A stretch of DNA of 64,000 bases, taken from Felis catus. Taxonomy: Eukaryota. The notes under the pieces were generated by a model. It searched no databases. It saw nothing but the letters and a program-made list of their open reading frames with translations, and was not told where the DNA came from. The translations under genes were made by a program, and so were the position numbers. The first letter of the stretch is position 1, and every line of letters begins with the position of its first letter. Below, one piece after another: positions 1 through 11,959 of the stretch. The stretch covers positions 26,662,001-26,726,000 of the forward strand of contig NC_058368.1 of assembly GCF_018350175.1 (NCBI RefSeq). Reading direction: 5' to 3'.

Positions 1-65
1 CCGCTCATGCTCTGTCTCTCTGTCTCTCTGTCTCTCAAAAATAAACATTAAAAAAATAAATAAAT
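1..65 (+). mobile_element. Can-SINE 3' end (cut by window edge)
   Basis: CTCATGCTCTGTCTCTC...(CT)-rich tract, then AAAAATAAACATTAAAAAA tail, as in the complete copies downstream. Confidence 0.9.
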
Positions 66-99
66 ACATCTACCCACCAGGTGCTATGAATAGAGAGAG

Positions 100-690
100 A
101 TGGGACATAGGTGGGACATAGTCCCTCCTTCATGGAACTTAAATTATGGTTAGACAGGCGGCGACAACAAAGCCTGAGAAGTGTTAGCATCAGAAACTCA
201 GAGTGTGAGGGTGTCACGACCTGGAAGGAGAAAGAGAAAGCTTCCCTAACGCAGTGAAGTTTACACTGAAAACTGAAGGATTCAAGGGTTAACTACACCT
301 GAGAAGGCGCTCCAGGTGAGTGGGAGCATCAGGTTCCAAGATCTAGAAGGAAAAGGAGGCTGGAGCTGAGAGGAGCCGTCTCCTCCTGCCTGTAGCTACA
401 GGAGATGGCAAGGTGGACAGTGGCCAGATTCTGGTGTAGGCTTGGAGGAACCTCAGAAGGTGAGGCTTGATCCAGAGAATGACGGGGAAATCACTGACAG
501 GTTTCAAGCAGGGAAGTGAAATGGTCTGATCTGAGATTAGGAAGCATCATTCTGGCTGTTCGGTGAGGCAAGAGGGAATGTGGGGATCCCGGTAGGAGGC
601 ATAAATGCCTCATCTTTGATGATTCTGGCCCAGACTTGGGCAGTTTGGAAGCAAAGTAATGGATAGATTGGAGACGAATTTATATATTTG
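100..690 (-). mobile_element. LINE-2 fragment (old, degraded)
   Basis: Purine-rich motifs typical of reverse-strand L2 (GAAAGCTTCCC...AAACTGAAGGAT; GGTTTCAAGCAGGGAAGTGAAATGGTCTGATCTG...ATCATTCTGGCTG); boundaries approximate. Confidence 0.65.
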
Positions 691-816
691 GCTTCAAACT
701 AAAGCTACTACCCACTCCCCGACACCGCCCAGATAGGGATGGGATATGTAGAAACCGTAACTTTTAGGCTGCCCTCTGCAAACAATACCCAGAACATATT
801 TAGATTAGAAGAAAGA

Positions 817-1043
817 GGGGTGCCTGGGTGGCTCAGTCGGTTGGGCGTCCCACTTCGGCTCAGGTCACGATTTCGCCGTCCGTGAGTTCGAGCCCCGCGT
901 CGGGCTCTGGGCTGACGGCTCAGAGCCTGGAGCCTGCTTCCGATTCTGTGTCTTCCTCTCTCTCTGCCCCTCCCCCTTCATGCTCTGTCTCTCTCTGTCC
1001 CAAAAAATAAATAAACGTTAAAAAAAAATTAAAAAAAAAAAAA
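817..1043 (+). mobile_element. Can-SINE (SINEC_Fc-type), full length
   Basis: GGGGTGCCTGGGTGGCTCAGTCGG head (A box), GAGTTCGAGCCC (B box), CT tract, AATAAATAAACGTTAAAA tail; many CpGs retained. Confidence 0.95.
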
Positions 1044-1754
1044 GAAAAAAGAAGGGAACTGATATCCAAAGTGGAGCTAGGGGGTTGCCCATGCCAATTA
1101 TCTGATAATCTGCTTGACCCATTGCTTCAGCTAACGAAGGGCTGTTTGCCCTCCTTCCACCCCAATGATGCTTATCATCATGCTTACCATCGCCGGGTCC
1201 CAGAGAAGCCAGAGAGAACTCAACACCAGTCCCTCTAGCCAAACAATCAGCAAACGAAGATAACTTTAAAGAGTGTCAAGCCCAACTTTATGACTCCCTC
1301 ATAGGCACCAAGGGCATTGTCTCAAGAGCCTAAGCCACCAGACAGGATAACCCAGGACTGCTTGTCGGTTGACCTGCTAAGACCAACTATGACTCATCTG
1401 TTTACTGCAGAACGGAGGTAATGTGGGATGCAAAGGTTGACAGCCACCTCCCGGGAGACCGTCGGACCTGGAAATCAGGGCCCTGGGTTTCAACCGGAAA
1501 TGTTTACACTGGCACAGACCCAAGATGGATGGAGGGCCACGTCACGGAGAGCTGAGTGAGCACATGCACACATTTTAAGGGACCGGGGTCTTCACAGCTG
1601 ACCGGCTGGTCACTCTCACCGCTGCACTGAGCAGCCTGGAGGCTAGCGGTCATCACTTACATGTGCTCTGCTACTTACACTTGGATTTATAACCACACTT
1701 TCCCACGACCGCATTTTCTTTCTTGGCAGAAGATTAAGGGCAGCAATAATAAAC

Positions 1755-2170
1755 ACGTAATAATAGTGATATTGGTCTCATTTATTAATGGCATATTATA
1801 TCTGGGGGGCATTATGTCTTTCAGGTGATATACATTACCTCTACTCCGCCATCACAGCCTGGTGCACCTATGAATCACCTGGGGACCTTTGAAATACTAA
1901 CCCCTGGGCCCACCCTCCAAGGGCTCTGATTTAATTGATCTGAGTGGAGCCCAGGCATGGGCATTTTAAGGCCCCCGGGGGGAATTCTGGTGTGCAGCCA
2001 GGGTTGAGAACCACAGCTTTAATCATCATGGCAAACTGCAATGTAGGGATTTGTAGCTTTATTTTAGAGATGAGGAAAAAAAGAAAAAAAAAAAAAAAAA
2101 AAGAGCCCAGAAAGAACAAGTAATTTGCCCAAGTGCAAGAGGAGGAACTTCAACCTTGAGTCTGTCTGGC
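1755..2170 (-). mobile_element. MIR, interrupted by MER5A1
   Basis: CATTTATTAATGGC...CATTACCTCT before the insert and TTAATCATCATGGCAAAC...ATTTTAGAGATGAGGAAA...AAGTAATTTGCCCAAG after it match the MIR core on the minus strand. Confidence 0.65.
1845..2016. mobile_element. MER5A1-like hAT-Charlie MITE
   Basis: GAATCACCTGGGGA...GGGCCCACC...CTGATTTAATTG...GTGCAGCCAGGGTTGAGAACCACAG matches the near-palindromic MER5A1 consensus. Confidence 0.8.
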
Positions 2171-3855
2171 CACCAACCCTCCCTCTGAAGTATTGCTTCG
2201 CACACAGTTTAGGAAATCCTTGGGTGAAGAGTAAGCAGGGAGGGCACACAGAGGAGAAAGGGCAGTCACGGGCTCCCCGTGGGTACCTAGGACCTCTGGG
2301 AGGCTCTGCCCCACCCTGAGCCAGCCATGCTGCCCATAGGGTGCAGATCCGTAAAGGAGAGGAGCCGAGTGGGCAAACGACCCACCTTCCTGGCTGCAGC
2401 AGCCCTGGCCTCCCTCCAAGCCCCAGGGGATGGCACAGAGGAGACACTTGGCAGAAAGTTGAACAGGGCATGGCCGGGCTGGGCCGGGCAGCCCCATGCA
2501 CTCATTTACCCTTCGCCTTGTCATACTGCTGCAGGGAGATGACCTTCCTTCCTCAGCCTCTGCCTTGCCATCCTGCGCCGTGTCTGCTCAGGGCCGTGCC
2601 AGCTTCCCCAGCCACCTCTACGTCGTACTTCTGAAACCTGCTATTCACTCACGTAGGTCACGCGGATACGCACACTACTGCATGGAAAGGAGGCATCCTC
2701 TGGCTCTTTCTCCCAGCCGTGAGCACCCTTAGCCATAACTGCCTGAAACAAATATAATCGCGTGCGAGTGTGAAGCCGCACCTTTCTTCCTCGCTGCTGG
2801 GAGACGTGGACTAGGCTCTCCGCTCACAGCCTCCTAGAATGAAGCCTGGACACAAAGCAAGGAGCTCAGCTCCTCTGTACCCACCTACTCCCTAGATCAA
2901 GGTGGCTCTCCCAAGCTCTTTCTGATATATCGTTGCTGGGAGTGGCTGAGAAAGGATCACACTCTGAGGCATAAAAGAAGGAGGGAAGAAGTTTCTGGAA
3001 TCTGAGGTGGGCAGTGTCTGCGCCTCTGTGTTCTTCAGGTCGGAACTCTACTTTCATACTCTGCACAAAGGCTTGGGCTAGCCAGCTTCATTCATGTGTT
3101 TACTCAACAGTTACTAAGGGTTTGTTACACTGGGAATTTGAGAGGAGGAAGACGCATCCCTGACCTTAAGCAGCTCACGGTTTCAGCAGGGATGAAGTCA
3201 CATAGACAGCAACATAATGGCAGGGGGAAGCAGTGGAGTGGCTGGGGCACGGGGAGAGGCCCTGGGCCCAGTCAGAAGAGGGGGCCAGGGTCCGGGGCAG
3301 AGCAGTCCCTCTCTGGAGACTTACTGCATGTCAGAAAGGGAGAGATGGTTTTCTAAGTGAAGCGGGCAGCTTCACCAGGGGAGCAGAGATTCTGTCCCTC
3401 GCTTCAATAAAGGACATTCCCTTGTTGGAAAGTCACAGTTGACTTAGCTGCAGGAGCAGAGCTCTTCCCTCTCTAGGTTGCAGAGTTTTGGACTCCCTTC
3501 TCTATGTTCAGGTCGAAGGACTGAGTCTAAAGCGCCACTGAATTCCTCACTCAGGTTTTTTCTCAACAGACACATGCAATTCTGAAGGCCTGCCGGCCGC
3601 ACCAAAGAGCTTCTCCCAAGAAGTCCTGGGCCGGGTAGAGGCAGCTGCGAAAGGGGAGGACTGTTCTGTTTTGGACCAAAAAACCCGACTCAAATGAGGC
3701 TGACGATACCCAAAGTACAGAGACTGCATAGAGGAGTCATTGTCCCTCTTTCATGTGTCATAATATGAAATGTCATAACAGGGCAGACAAAAAGATCCAT
3801 GGAGGGACATGTACCGGGCCCTGCCACATAGGCTCCCGGATGGTCTACTGCAGGT

Positions 3856-3983
3856 CTCTGAGCTTCACGGTTTTCGTACATAACACAGGGCTTGAGGGCA
3901 TCCCCACATCCCCTGTGGTGGTGAGAATTAGGTGGGATGACAGCGGGAGGGGCCTGGGGCTTGGCACAGAGGGGATCTCAACA
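3856..3983 (+). mobile_element. MIR fragment
   Basis: TCTCTGAGCTTCACGGTTTTC...GTGGTGAGAATTAGGTGGGATGA...TTGGCACAGAG resembles the MIR core and 3' part. Confidence 0.5.
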
Positions 3984-6104
3984 CATGCCTGGTGTGACCC
4001 TCTTCCTTCCAGCCTACTCACCAGAGAGCCCCCCAAGTCGTTAATAACCCAACCCCTCCCCTCAGAAATGTTGGTCTTTTCCCAAAAGTGATGATTCCAG
4101 TTTGATCATTTTCTGCCTCCTGATACACCCCAACGTGCTCCTCCCCAGGCTCCTCGGTGGGGTGCTTCTTGACACGCCTTTGTTGGGTCCCTGCGCACCG
4201 AGTGCAGGGAAGGAGGGGCGAGCTGTGGTTCCAGGAGCAGGGGTGAAGCCTGTGGGCCTCCCAGCTCCATTTCTGTCTCCTCCTTGCCTGACAGAGCCAT
4301 AGCCGATGCTCTCACCAGGTCACTTAATTTCCCCACCGCCCTGACCTTCGCTTGGCCCGTTTTGGAACAATGCGCGCCCTCACGTTAACAAGCGTTTGTT
4401 TCTTCCTGCCTGCGCTGAGCCTGTCCACCTTTGAAGAGGAATCACAAGAGTTGTCACTGTTATGCTCTGTACCCTCTGAATGGAACGGCTCCAGCTCTGA
4501 TGTTACCTCATTTATCATTATCTTAGGGATCTCTCCTGGATGGTGGTGGCAGAGGAGGATTTCTAATTCACTCCCTTACAATGTTTTGCAAATAAGCTCC
4601 CAGAACCAGGTCCATTTTATTGTCTTCTATTTTAAATAGATTTTTTTTAGTGCTCATCCAATGAAAAGCCTATTTAAACACCTGTACTCTGTCCTATAAT
4701 GGTGATGGGGGGAAAAAAATCCAGAAGAAGTGGAGGCCACAGAAATCTTTTAGACGGCAGTGCTTGGACAGAAATCCTTTCCTTTCCGTTCCCACCGTCG
4801 CCCTTGGGGTGAGGCCGTATCAGCTCGTACAGGACCTTAGCAAGAGCTTCATGCTGGTTTCCCAGCCTCCAGGCTGTTTCCCTCGCAGTCTGTGTTGCTC
4901 CCGCCAGTATCTCAGGCATCACGAGACATGTCAGCTCCGAGTTTCCCAACAGCTTTTCAGTGATTGCAGGATAAATTCCATCCTTCTCACCCAGACATTC
5001 GAGGTGCTTTACTCTCTGGGTCCTCCTGACCTTCCAGGGCCCCCACTGCTATCAAATGGGTCTACTTCTTATCCCATGATAGCCCTGCAATTGCTTCATT
5101 TTGTGCCTCGAGTTATCGATCCTTCTATATCCCCCCTGTTCAGAAATCCTTCCTCTCCTCGGTGGGGGCAAATCCGACCCATGTCCTCTGACTCCTGAGC
5201 TGAAAGCACAGTCCCCGCCCCGAGATATGCATGGGGTTATCACTTTGCACTCTGCTTCCCTTTGCCCAATATGGGTGCCCCTTGTCCCCCACTCTTCCTT
5301 TCCCTTCAGCTCCTTCATAGTCCGCTTTCTTCGCAAACCCAGAAAGGACTTGATGTCTCAGAGGTATTGCTGTCTGCTGCACCCTGTGTCCAGGCACATT
5401 TTTACATGGTTTCATAGTCTTGTCTCTCACACTATGCACCTACCCCCCAGACACAAGTGGGCAGGTAAGGAGAGCAGGAGTCCTGGTGTTTGCAGCATAG
5501 CTACTGTGTGTTGCACATGGGCACATTTAGATACATCCAAATTTACCTACAAATTTGTCTGGAAGTGTTTTGTGCCGCACTTTCCAATGAGTGAACTGAA
5601 GTTCAGAGGGACTTAGTGACCTTCCCAAAGACAGTTTGATGCTGGATATGGAACCAAAGAGAGAAAAAAAAAATGTGTGGCGTGGAGCTTGTTAGACCAG
5701 GCTTCACAGATGTGGTAGGATCTGAGCCAGAGCCTGGTCTGGTGGGCAGGATGCAAGAACACTGTGAGTGTGAATGGCATCACAAAGATTTCAGAGACAA
5801 CGCGACAATGTGATCATTCACGGCTCCTAGAGATGGTACCCAATCTCCCTTAAGAATGAAGTATTCAAGTTAATTGCCTGGTTTTGAGCATGCAAACACT
5901 GAAATTGTGCCAGAAGGGCCAAAGTTCAGGGGCAAGTGAACTTTACCGCAACATGGTAAGAACAGAATAAATGCTGACAAAGAAGCAGAGATTTTTAAAT
6001 TTTCACTGCAGGTCAAAAGAGGGCTCCTAACACAAGATGGCTGAAATTGAGCAAACACACAGTCCCAGATGGTTTCAGACAGCGGGATAAAAATGAATGA
6101 GCCA

Positions 6105-6300
6105 ATATGGGTTCATCAAAGCTAACAAATGTACCACTCTGTGTGAGCGTGTGTGTGTGTGTGTGTGAGCGTGTGTGTGTGGGAGGGAGGGGTACTAGGA
6201 ACTCCGTGTTTTCTGTTCAGTTTTGCGTGGACCTAAAACTACTCTTAAATAAAGTCTACTGTAAAAAGAAGTAAAATGAAACAACTTGAAAAAATTATTT
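6105..6300 (+). mobile_element. Old L1 (L1MC/MB-like) 3' end with embedded GT repeat
   Basis: GGTTCATC...AACAAATGTACCACTCTG...GGAACTCCGTGTTTTCTGTTCAGTTTTG...CCTAAAACTACTCT...AATAAAGTCTA. Confidence 0.7.
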
Positions 6301-6644
6301 TAAATGAATGAGAGCAGGTCCCAACACCGTCCCCTGAGGCACGAGGGGAGGGGAGTATGTGACGTCTCTTGGTATACCGGAGCACAGACACCCTGCCCAG
6401 CTGTGGTGAGTGCCATCATTTTTTCCTCCCTAGGTCACTTGCTAATGAAATGCTTATGAGCATCTACTGTCTCAAAAAGCAACATATGGAATATGGAGAA
6501 GGAGGAAAAGGAAAAGAAGAGAAGGAATTGAAGGATGCTTTAACGGCCTGCATAGGTTGCAAAAACCATAATGATCTAAGTGCCAGAGAAGAGAGGCTTT
6601 ACAGAACGGCCAATATATAGTAACATTGGGAAGTGGCTCGCTTG

Positions 6645-6745
6645 TCTAATTTTCCTTTATCTCTTCTCTAAAATGTGAATAATGATACCTGCCTCCCGTG
6701 CTTATGATGAGGATTAAATGACAACGCATATAAAATCCTTAGCCC
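6645..6745 (+). mobile_element. MIR fragment
   Basis: CTAAAATGTGAATAATGATACCTGCCTC...GATGAGGATTAAATGA. Confidence 0.6.
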
Positions 6746-7675
6746 CAAAGTCTGCACTCATTCATTAAAAATAGTTTTTGAGTTGCTGATTATGAGCTAG
6801 ATAGATACCAAGTTGGACAAAACAGATGTGATGCCTCCTGGCTCACAACTGGGGGGGGGGAGCCAAATGTTAAACAAGGAAACATAAAGATACTTAGTTA
6901 CAAATTGGGAGGTGTTCTACAAAGAAAAAACTCAGAGCCTGTGAGAAAATAGCAGGGCCTCCAAGCCCATGGTCAGTAAATAGCAATCATTTCAAGACAG
7001 ACCTTTCTTTGCAACTGTGACAGATTAGTTTCTATCAGACTAAAACCTTTCACAAGGAATAATTGGGAAGACTTGGATTAAAAAAATAAATAAAAGAAGA
7101 AATGTGTTTGAAGGAACACAAGGGTTGCCAAGGCTTCAAGGGTGTTAGTTAGTTAGTAGAGAAGATACTAGAACCAAGGTAAATGGGAAGAGGTCAGATT
7201 AACATGCAGCTCTACTTTCTCCTGGAAGCTTCGGCAAGATCCTAAGTGGCTATGGAGAATTTTCAGCAATCTCATGGGACAAAATTGGAGTTCATGGCCG
7301 GCTAAGGAGGAGGGGAACTGAGAAACACCCAGCTTTCAGTTGGGAGATGTAAAAGGCAACAGTCTTGGGAGTAAAGGCAAAGTAGATACAGACCAGCTCT
7401 CACCAAAAAAAAGCAGCTTCAGCTGAGGTTGAATTAAGGTGATTTGTGTAGCTTAATCACCGAGAGATTGTCCCCTATGAAGAAAGATAACTTTATCCAG
7501 AACCTCAAGTCACCCCTATAATTTTTCATACCATAATGTCCAATATTTGGAATAAAAAAAATGGGGCAATATAATGACCAAAAACAAAAAAAAAAACCAT
7601 TAAAAGATGGTAGAAACAGACTTCTAGAGTATTCAGATATTATGTGGACACGGAAGTTATCAGACACACATTTTA

Positions 7676-7914
7676 TTTTATTTTTATTTATTTATTTATT
7701 TATTTATTTTTTAACGTTTATTTATTTTTGGGACAGAGAGAGACAGAGCATGAACGGGGGAGGGGCAGAGAGAGAGGGAGACACAGAATCTGAAGCAGGC
7801 TCCAGGCTCTGAGCCATCAGCCCAGAGCCCGACGCGGGGCTCGAACTCCCGGACCGCGAGATCGTGACCTGGCTGAAGTCGGACGCTTAACCGACTGCGC
7901 CACCCAGGCGCCCC
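7676..7914 (-). mobile_element. Young SINEC_Fc
   Basis: Full-length reverse copy; perfect 15-bp TSD CAGACACACATTTTA at 7661-7675 and 7915-7929. Confidence 0.97.
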
Positions 7915-8029
7915 CAGACACACATTTTAAATACTATGTTAAATTTATTAAAGAGAAATGACAGCAAGATGGAGAATTTCAACAGGTTACTATAAATCTA
8001 TATGTGAATCTAAAAAAGATTAAGAAGGG

Positions 8030-8264
8030 GGGGTGCCTGGGCAGCTCAGTTGGTTAAGCATCTGACTTTGGCTCAGGTCATGATCTCATGGTTCACAAGT
8101 TCGAGCCCCACGTCAGGTTCTGTGCTGACAGCTCAGAGCCTGGAGCCTACTTCAGATTCTGTGTCTTCCTTTCTCTCTTCCCCTCCCCCACTTGTGTGTG
8201 CTCTCTCGCTCTCTCTCTGTCTCTCTTTCTCTCCTTCTCTCTCTCAAAAATAAATAAAAAAAAC
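8030..8264 (+). mobile_element. Can-SINE
   Basis: Head, A/B boxes, CT tract and A tail; TSD AAGAAGGG at 8022-8029 and 8265-8272. Confidence 0.93.
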
Positions 8265-8772
8265 AAGAAGGGATTAAATTAAAAGTTAAAGGAATCAAAT
8301 TAAAAAATACGAAGGAAATTCTAGAACTGAAAAAAGAGAATAAATAAAATTGAAATTTAATAAGTAAACTAGGAGCACACTGAACATAGCTGAAGACAGA
8401 AATGAAGAACCAGACTGTAGGTCAGTAGATAATATCCATACTGAACCACAAAAAGAAGGGATGCAAAAAATAGAGCAAAAGAAGGAAAGAGATATATGGG
8501 ATATTGTAAATTATTATATATAAATGTAGAATGGTACTGCCAGAAAGAGGAGCAAAAGAATGGGTAGTAGCAATATTTGAAGAGATTTTTCCAAAACTGA
8601 AGGGAGGCATTATGCCACATACACAAGAAACCCTATGAATTCCATGATGGACAGACACAGGTAAACTACGGTAAGCTACACCACAATGAAGCTATTGCAA
8701 ACCTAAGACAAAGATAATGTTAAAAGCAGTTAGAGGAAGAAAGACACATGGTCTTCAAAAAGAACAAGACTT

Positions 8773-8982
8773 GGGGCGCCTGGGTGGCTCGGTCGGTTAA
8801 GCATCCGACTTCCGCTCAGGTCATGATCTCGCAGTCCGTGAGTTCAAGCCCCGCGTCGGGCTCTGTGCTGACAGCTCAGAGCCTGGAGCCTGTTTCAGAT
8901 TCTGTGTCTCCCTCTTTCTCTGCCCCTCCCCTGTTCATGCTGTCTCTCTCTGTCTCAAAAATAAATAAACGTTAAAAAAAAA
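8773..8982 (+). mobile_element. Can-SINE (SINEC_Fc-type)
   Basis: Full length; perfect 16-bp TSD AAAAAGAACAAGACTT at 8757-8772 and 8983-8998. Confidence 0.97.
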
Positions 8983-9159
8983 AAAAAGAACAAGACTTAA
9001 TGCTGAATTCTTAAGAAAAATTATGGAAGCCAAAGACATTGGTATACTGTTCTAAGGTGCAAAATACTCCTTCTAAACTAGGATTATAAAAATTGTCCTT
9101 CAAGAGAAACAAAGTACAAATAAAAATTGCCTTTCAATATCGAATATAAAATTTACTAA

Positions 9160-9685
9160 CTTTTAATTTATTTTTACTTTTATCTTTTTATTATGAAATA
9201 AAACACAGATACAGAACCCCCCCAAATCAAGTATATAGTTTAATACATGATTTTAAGCCTAACAGCTTTGTAATCACTGTAAAGAAATAGAACTTGACTG
9301 GCCACTCAGAAACCTCTCCTTGTGTGCTATCCTAATCACAATGCACTGCTTTCCCTCAGAGCAGTCCTTACCCTTTAATACTTTTATTGTAATCTCTTCC
9401 TGGTATTTATACTTTGATTATCCACATATGCATCCCTAGACGCTATAGTGCAGTCTTGCCCACTTAAAAAAAAGAAAAAAAAATTGACATGTTCTGTAAG
9501 TCTCTTTTATCTCGTGGAGCTTCTTCTATTTTTCTTCTCCTAGACTCTATCTTGAAGATCCTGGCCTGTTTGACCCATAGAATTTCCCAAAGTCTAGATT
9601 TTGTTAACGTTGTGGTACAGTTCAACAAGTCCCTTTCCTCTCTGTTTCTTGCAAATTTTTAGCTGGATCCAGAGCCTTGAACACT
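9160..9685 (-). mobile_element. Old L1 (L1MC/ME-like) 3' fragment(s), antisense within the L1M
   Basis: T-rich start, TTTTATTATGAAATA..., GAATTTCCCAAAGTCTAGATTTTG resemble reverse L1MC/ME 3' UTR; host L1 ORF1 motifs resume after about 9690. Confidence 0.5.
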
Positions 9686-9778
9686 ATATTTTTCTGGAAG
9701 AATTCATCACCGATACTTGCATTAAAGGAAAAACACAAAGAAAGTCTTCAGCAGAAAAAAAGTGAAGCTAAATGACAA

Positions 9779-9868
9779 ATATATATGTATATATATAATG
9801 TATATATATATATATACACAAATATATATATACACATTACATATATATATACACACACATACATATAT
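9779..9868. repeat. Imperfect (TA)n/(CA)n microsatellite
   Basis: Seen directly. Confidence 0.9.
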
Positions 9869-10635
9869 GAAAGAAAAGGGAAAAGGTACATATGTAGGCA
9901 AATCTAAATAAATATTGACTATATGAAAACAATACTAATAACATGGGGTCTTAAATATATGTAGAATTAAAATAAACGGTGATGATAGCATAATATTCAG
10001 AAGGAAAGTAAGTAAAGTCAAAGTGTTTATAAATGTCCTTTCACTGTACAGGAATTGATAAAAATATACTGTTATGTATTATACTTCGATAAAATTAAGA
10101 TTCATATTGAATCTCTAAAGTCGCCTCTGGAAGAATGCCAAAGATTTTGTAACTGCCAACATGCGAAAAACTGGAGTAGTAAAACCTACCTGATTAACCC
10201 AAAAGAAGGTAAGGGGGGGGAAAAAGGAACATAGAATAAATGGGATAAATTGGGGGGGAAAACAAACAGTAAGATGGTAAATTTAAACCCAAGTATTCCA
10301 GCAATTATATTTGTTTAAATATAATTAACAATTATAAACAATTTTTAAAATGTATATTGTCAGACTGCATTAAAAATAACAAGACGCAATAATATAATAC
10401 TTATAAGAGAAGCACCTTAAATAAATTTTAAAAACCCAGAAATAATAAAAGTAAGGAATAAGGAAGGACACACCCTACAAATCCTAACCAAAAGGAAGCT
10501 GGCATTGGCATATTAGTATCAAACAAAGTAAATTGTAAGGCAGAAAGGGACCATTGAAAACTAACAAAAGGATTAATCCTCTAGAATGATAGACTAGTCT
10601 TAAGTTTGTAGTGTTTAATAATATAGGTTCAGAAT

Positions 10636-11813
10636 AATAAACTCAAAATGGACAAAGGACCTGAATGTGAGACAGGAAACCATCAAAACCCTAGAGGAGA
10701 AAGCAGGAAAAAAACCTCTCTGACCTCAGCCGCAGCAATTTCTTACTTGACACATCTCCAACGGCAAGGGAATTAAAAGAAAAAATGAACCATTGGGACC
10801 TCATGAAGATAAAAAGCTTCTGCACTGCAAAGGAAACAATCAACAAAACTAAAAGGCAACCAACGGAATGGGAAAAGATATTTGCAATGATATATTAGAC
10901 AAAGGGCTAGTACCCAAAATCTATAAAGAACTCACCAAACTCCACACCTGAAAAACAAATGATCCAGTGAAGAAATGGGCAGAAAACATGAATAGACACT
11001 TCTCTAAAGAAGATATCCAGATGGCCAACAGTCACATGAAAAGATGCTCAACATCACTCCTCATCAGGGAAATACAAATCAAAACCACACTGAGATACCA
11101 CCTCACGCCAGTCAGAGTGGCTAAAATGAACAAATCAGGAGACTATAGATGCTGGAGAGGATGTGGAGAAACAGGAACCCTTTTGCACTGTTGGTGGGAA
11201 TGCAAACTGGTGTAGTCGCTCTGGAAAACAGAGTGGAGGTTCCTCAAAAAATTAAAAATAGATCTACCTTATGACCCAGCAATAGCACTGCTAGGAATTT
11301 ACCCAAGGGATAGAGGACTGCTGATGCATAAGGGCACTTGTACCCCAATGTTTATAGCAGCACTTTCAACAATAGCCAAATTATGGAAAGAGCCTAAATG
11401 TCCATCAACTGATGAATGGATAAAGAAATTGTGGTTTATATACACAATGGAATACTACTTGGCAATGAAAAAGAATGAAATATGGCCTTTTGTAGCAATG
11501 TGGATGGAACTGGAGAGTGTTATGCTAAGTGAAATAAGTCATACAGAGAAAGACAGATACCATATGTTTTCACTCTTATATGGATCCTGAGAAACTTAAC
11601 AGAAGACCATGAGGGAGGGGAAGGAAAAAAAAAAAAGAGATGGAGGGAGCCAAACCATAAAAGACTCTTAAAAACTGAGAATAAACTGAGGGTTGATGGG
11701 GGGTGGGAGGGAGGGAAGGGTGGGTGATGGGCATTGAGGAGGGCACCTGCTGGGATGAGCACTGGGTGTTGTATGAAAACCAATTTGACAATTAAAAAAA
11801 AACCTGTTAATAA

Positions 11814-11848
<35 letters not shown>

Positions 11849-11850
11849 AA
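10636..11850 (+). mobile_element. Young feline L1 (L1_Fc-like), 5'-truncated, about 1.2 kb: ORF2 C-terminus, 3' UTR and (TAAA)n tail
   Basis: ORFs 10967-11215 and 11324-11590 are in one frame and translate as L1 ORF2p C-terminal Cys-rich domain ([31 protein letters not shown]). In-frame stops TGA 10949-10951 and TAG 11213-11215. G-rich 3' UTR and tail follow. Confidence 0.95.
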
Positions 11851-11959
11851 TCTATAAAGAAAAAATGATAGAATTAAAGGAGAAATAAGCAAACCCACAA
11901 CAAGTTAGAAACTTTTAAGCACATTTCTCACTGAACCTGATAGAACAAAAAATACAATA

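Larger units (their letters stand above)
7540..11950 (+). mobile_element. Old L1M, decayed ORF1 and start of ORF2 (endonuclease), split by several younger insertions
   Basis: A-rich ORF1-like motifs (GAAATTCTAGAACTGAAAAA, AATATTTGAAGAGATTTTTCCAAAACTGA, GAATTCATCACC) and endonuclease-region motifs at about 10260-10630 that resume at about 11851-11950; no intact ORF. Confidence 0.7.

Noticed and set aside
2064..2760. Cluster of overlapping ORFs in a GC-richer stretch
   Set aside because: No recognisable protein, no consistent splice-flanked frame; high GC lowers stop frequency and CpG density looks too low for a CpG island
4764..5616. 144-aa and 171-aa plus-strand ORFs
   Set aside because: Non-ATG starts, low-information Pro/Ser/Leu-rich translations, partly overlapping old repeat remnants; no homology recognised
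10967..11590. Possible active or domesticated reverse-transcriptase gene
   Set aside because: Only the 3' 1.2 kb of an L1, with in-frame stops; no promoter, ORF1, endonuclease or RT core
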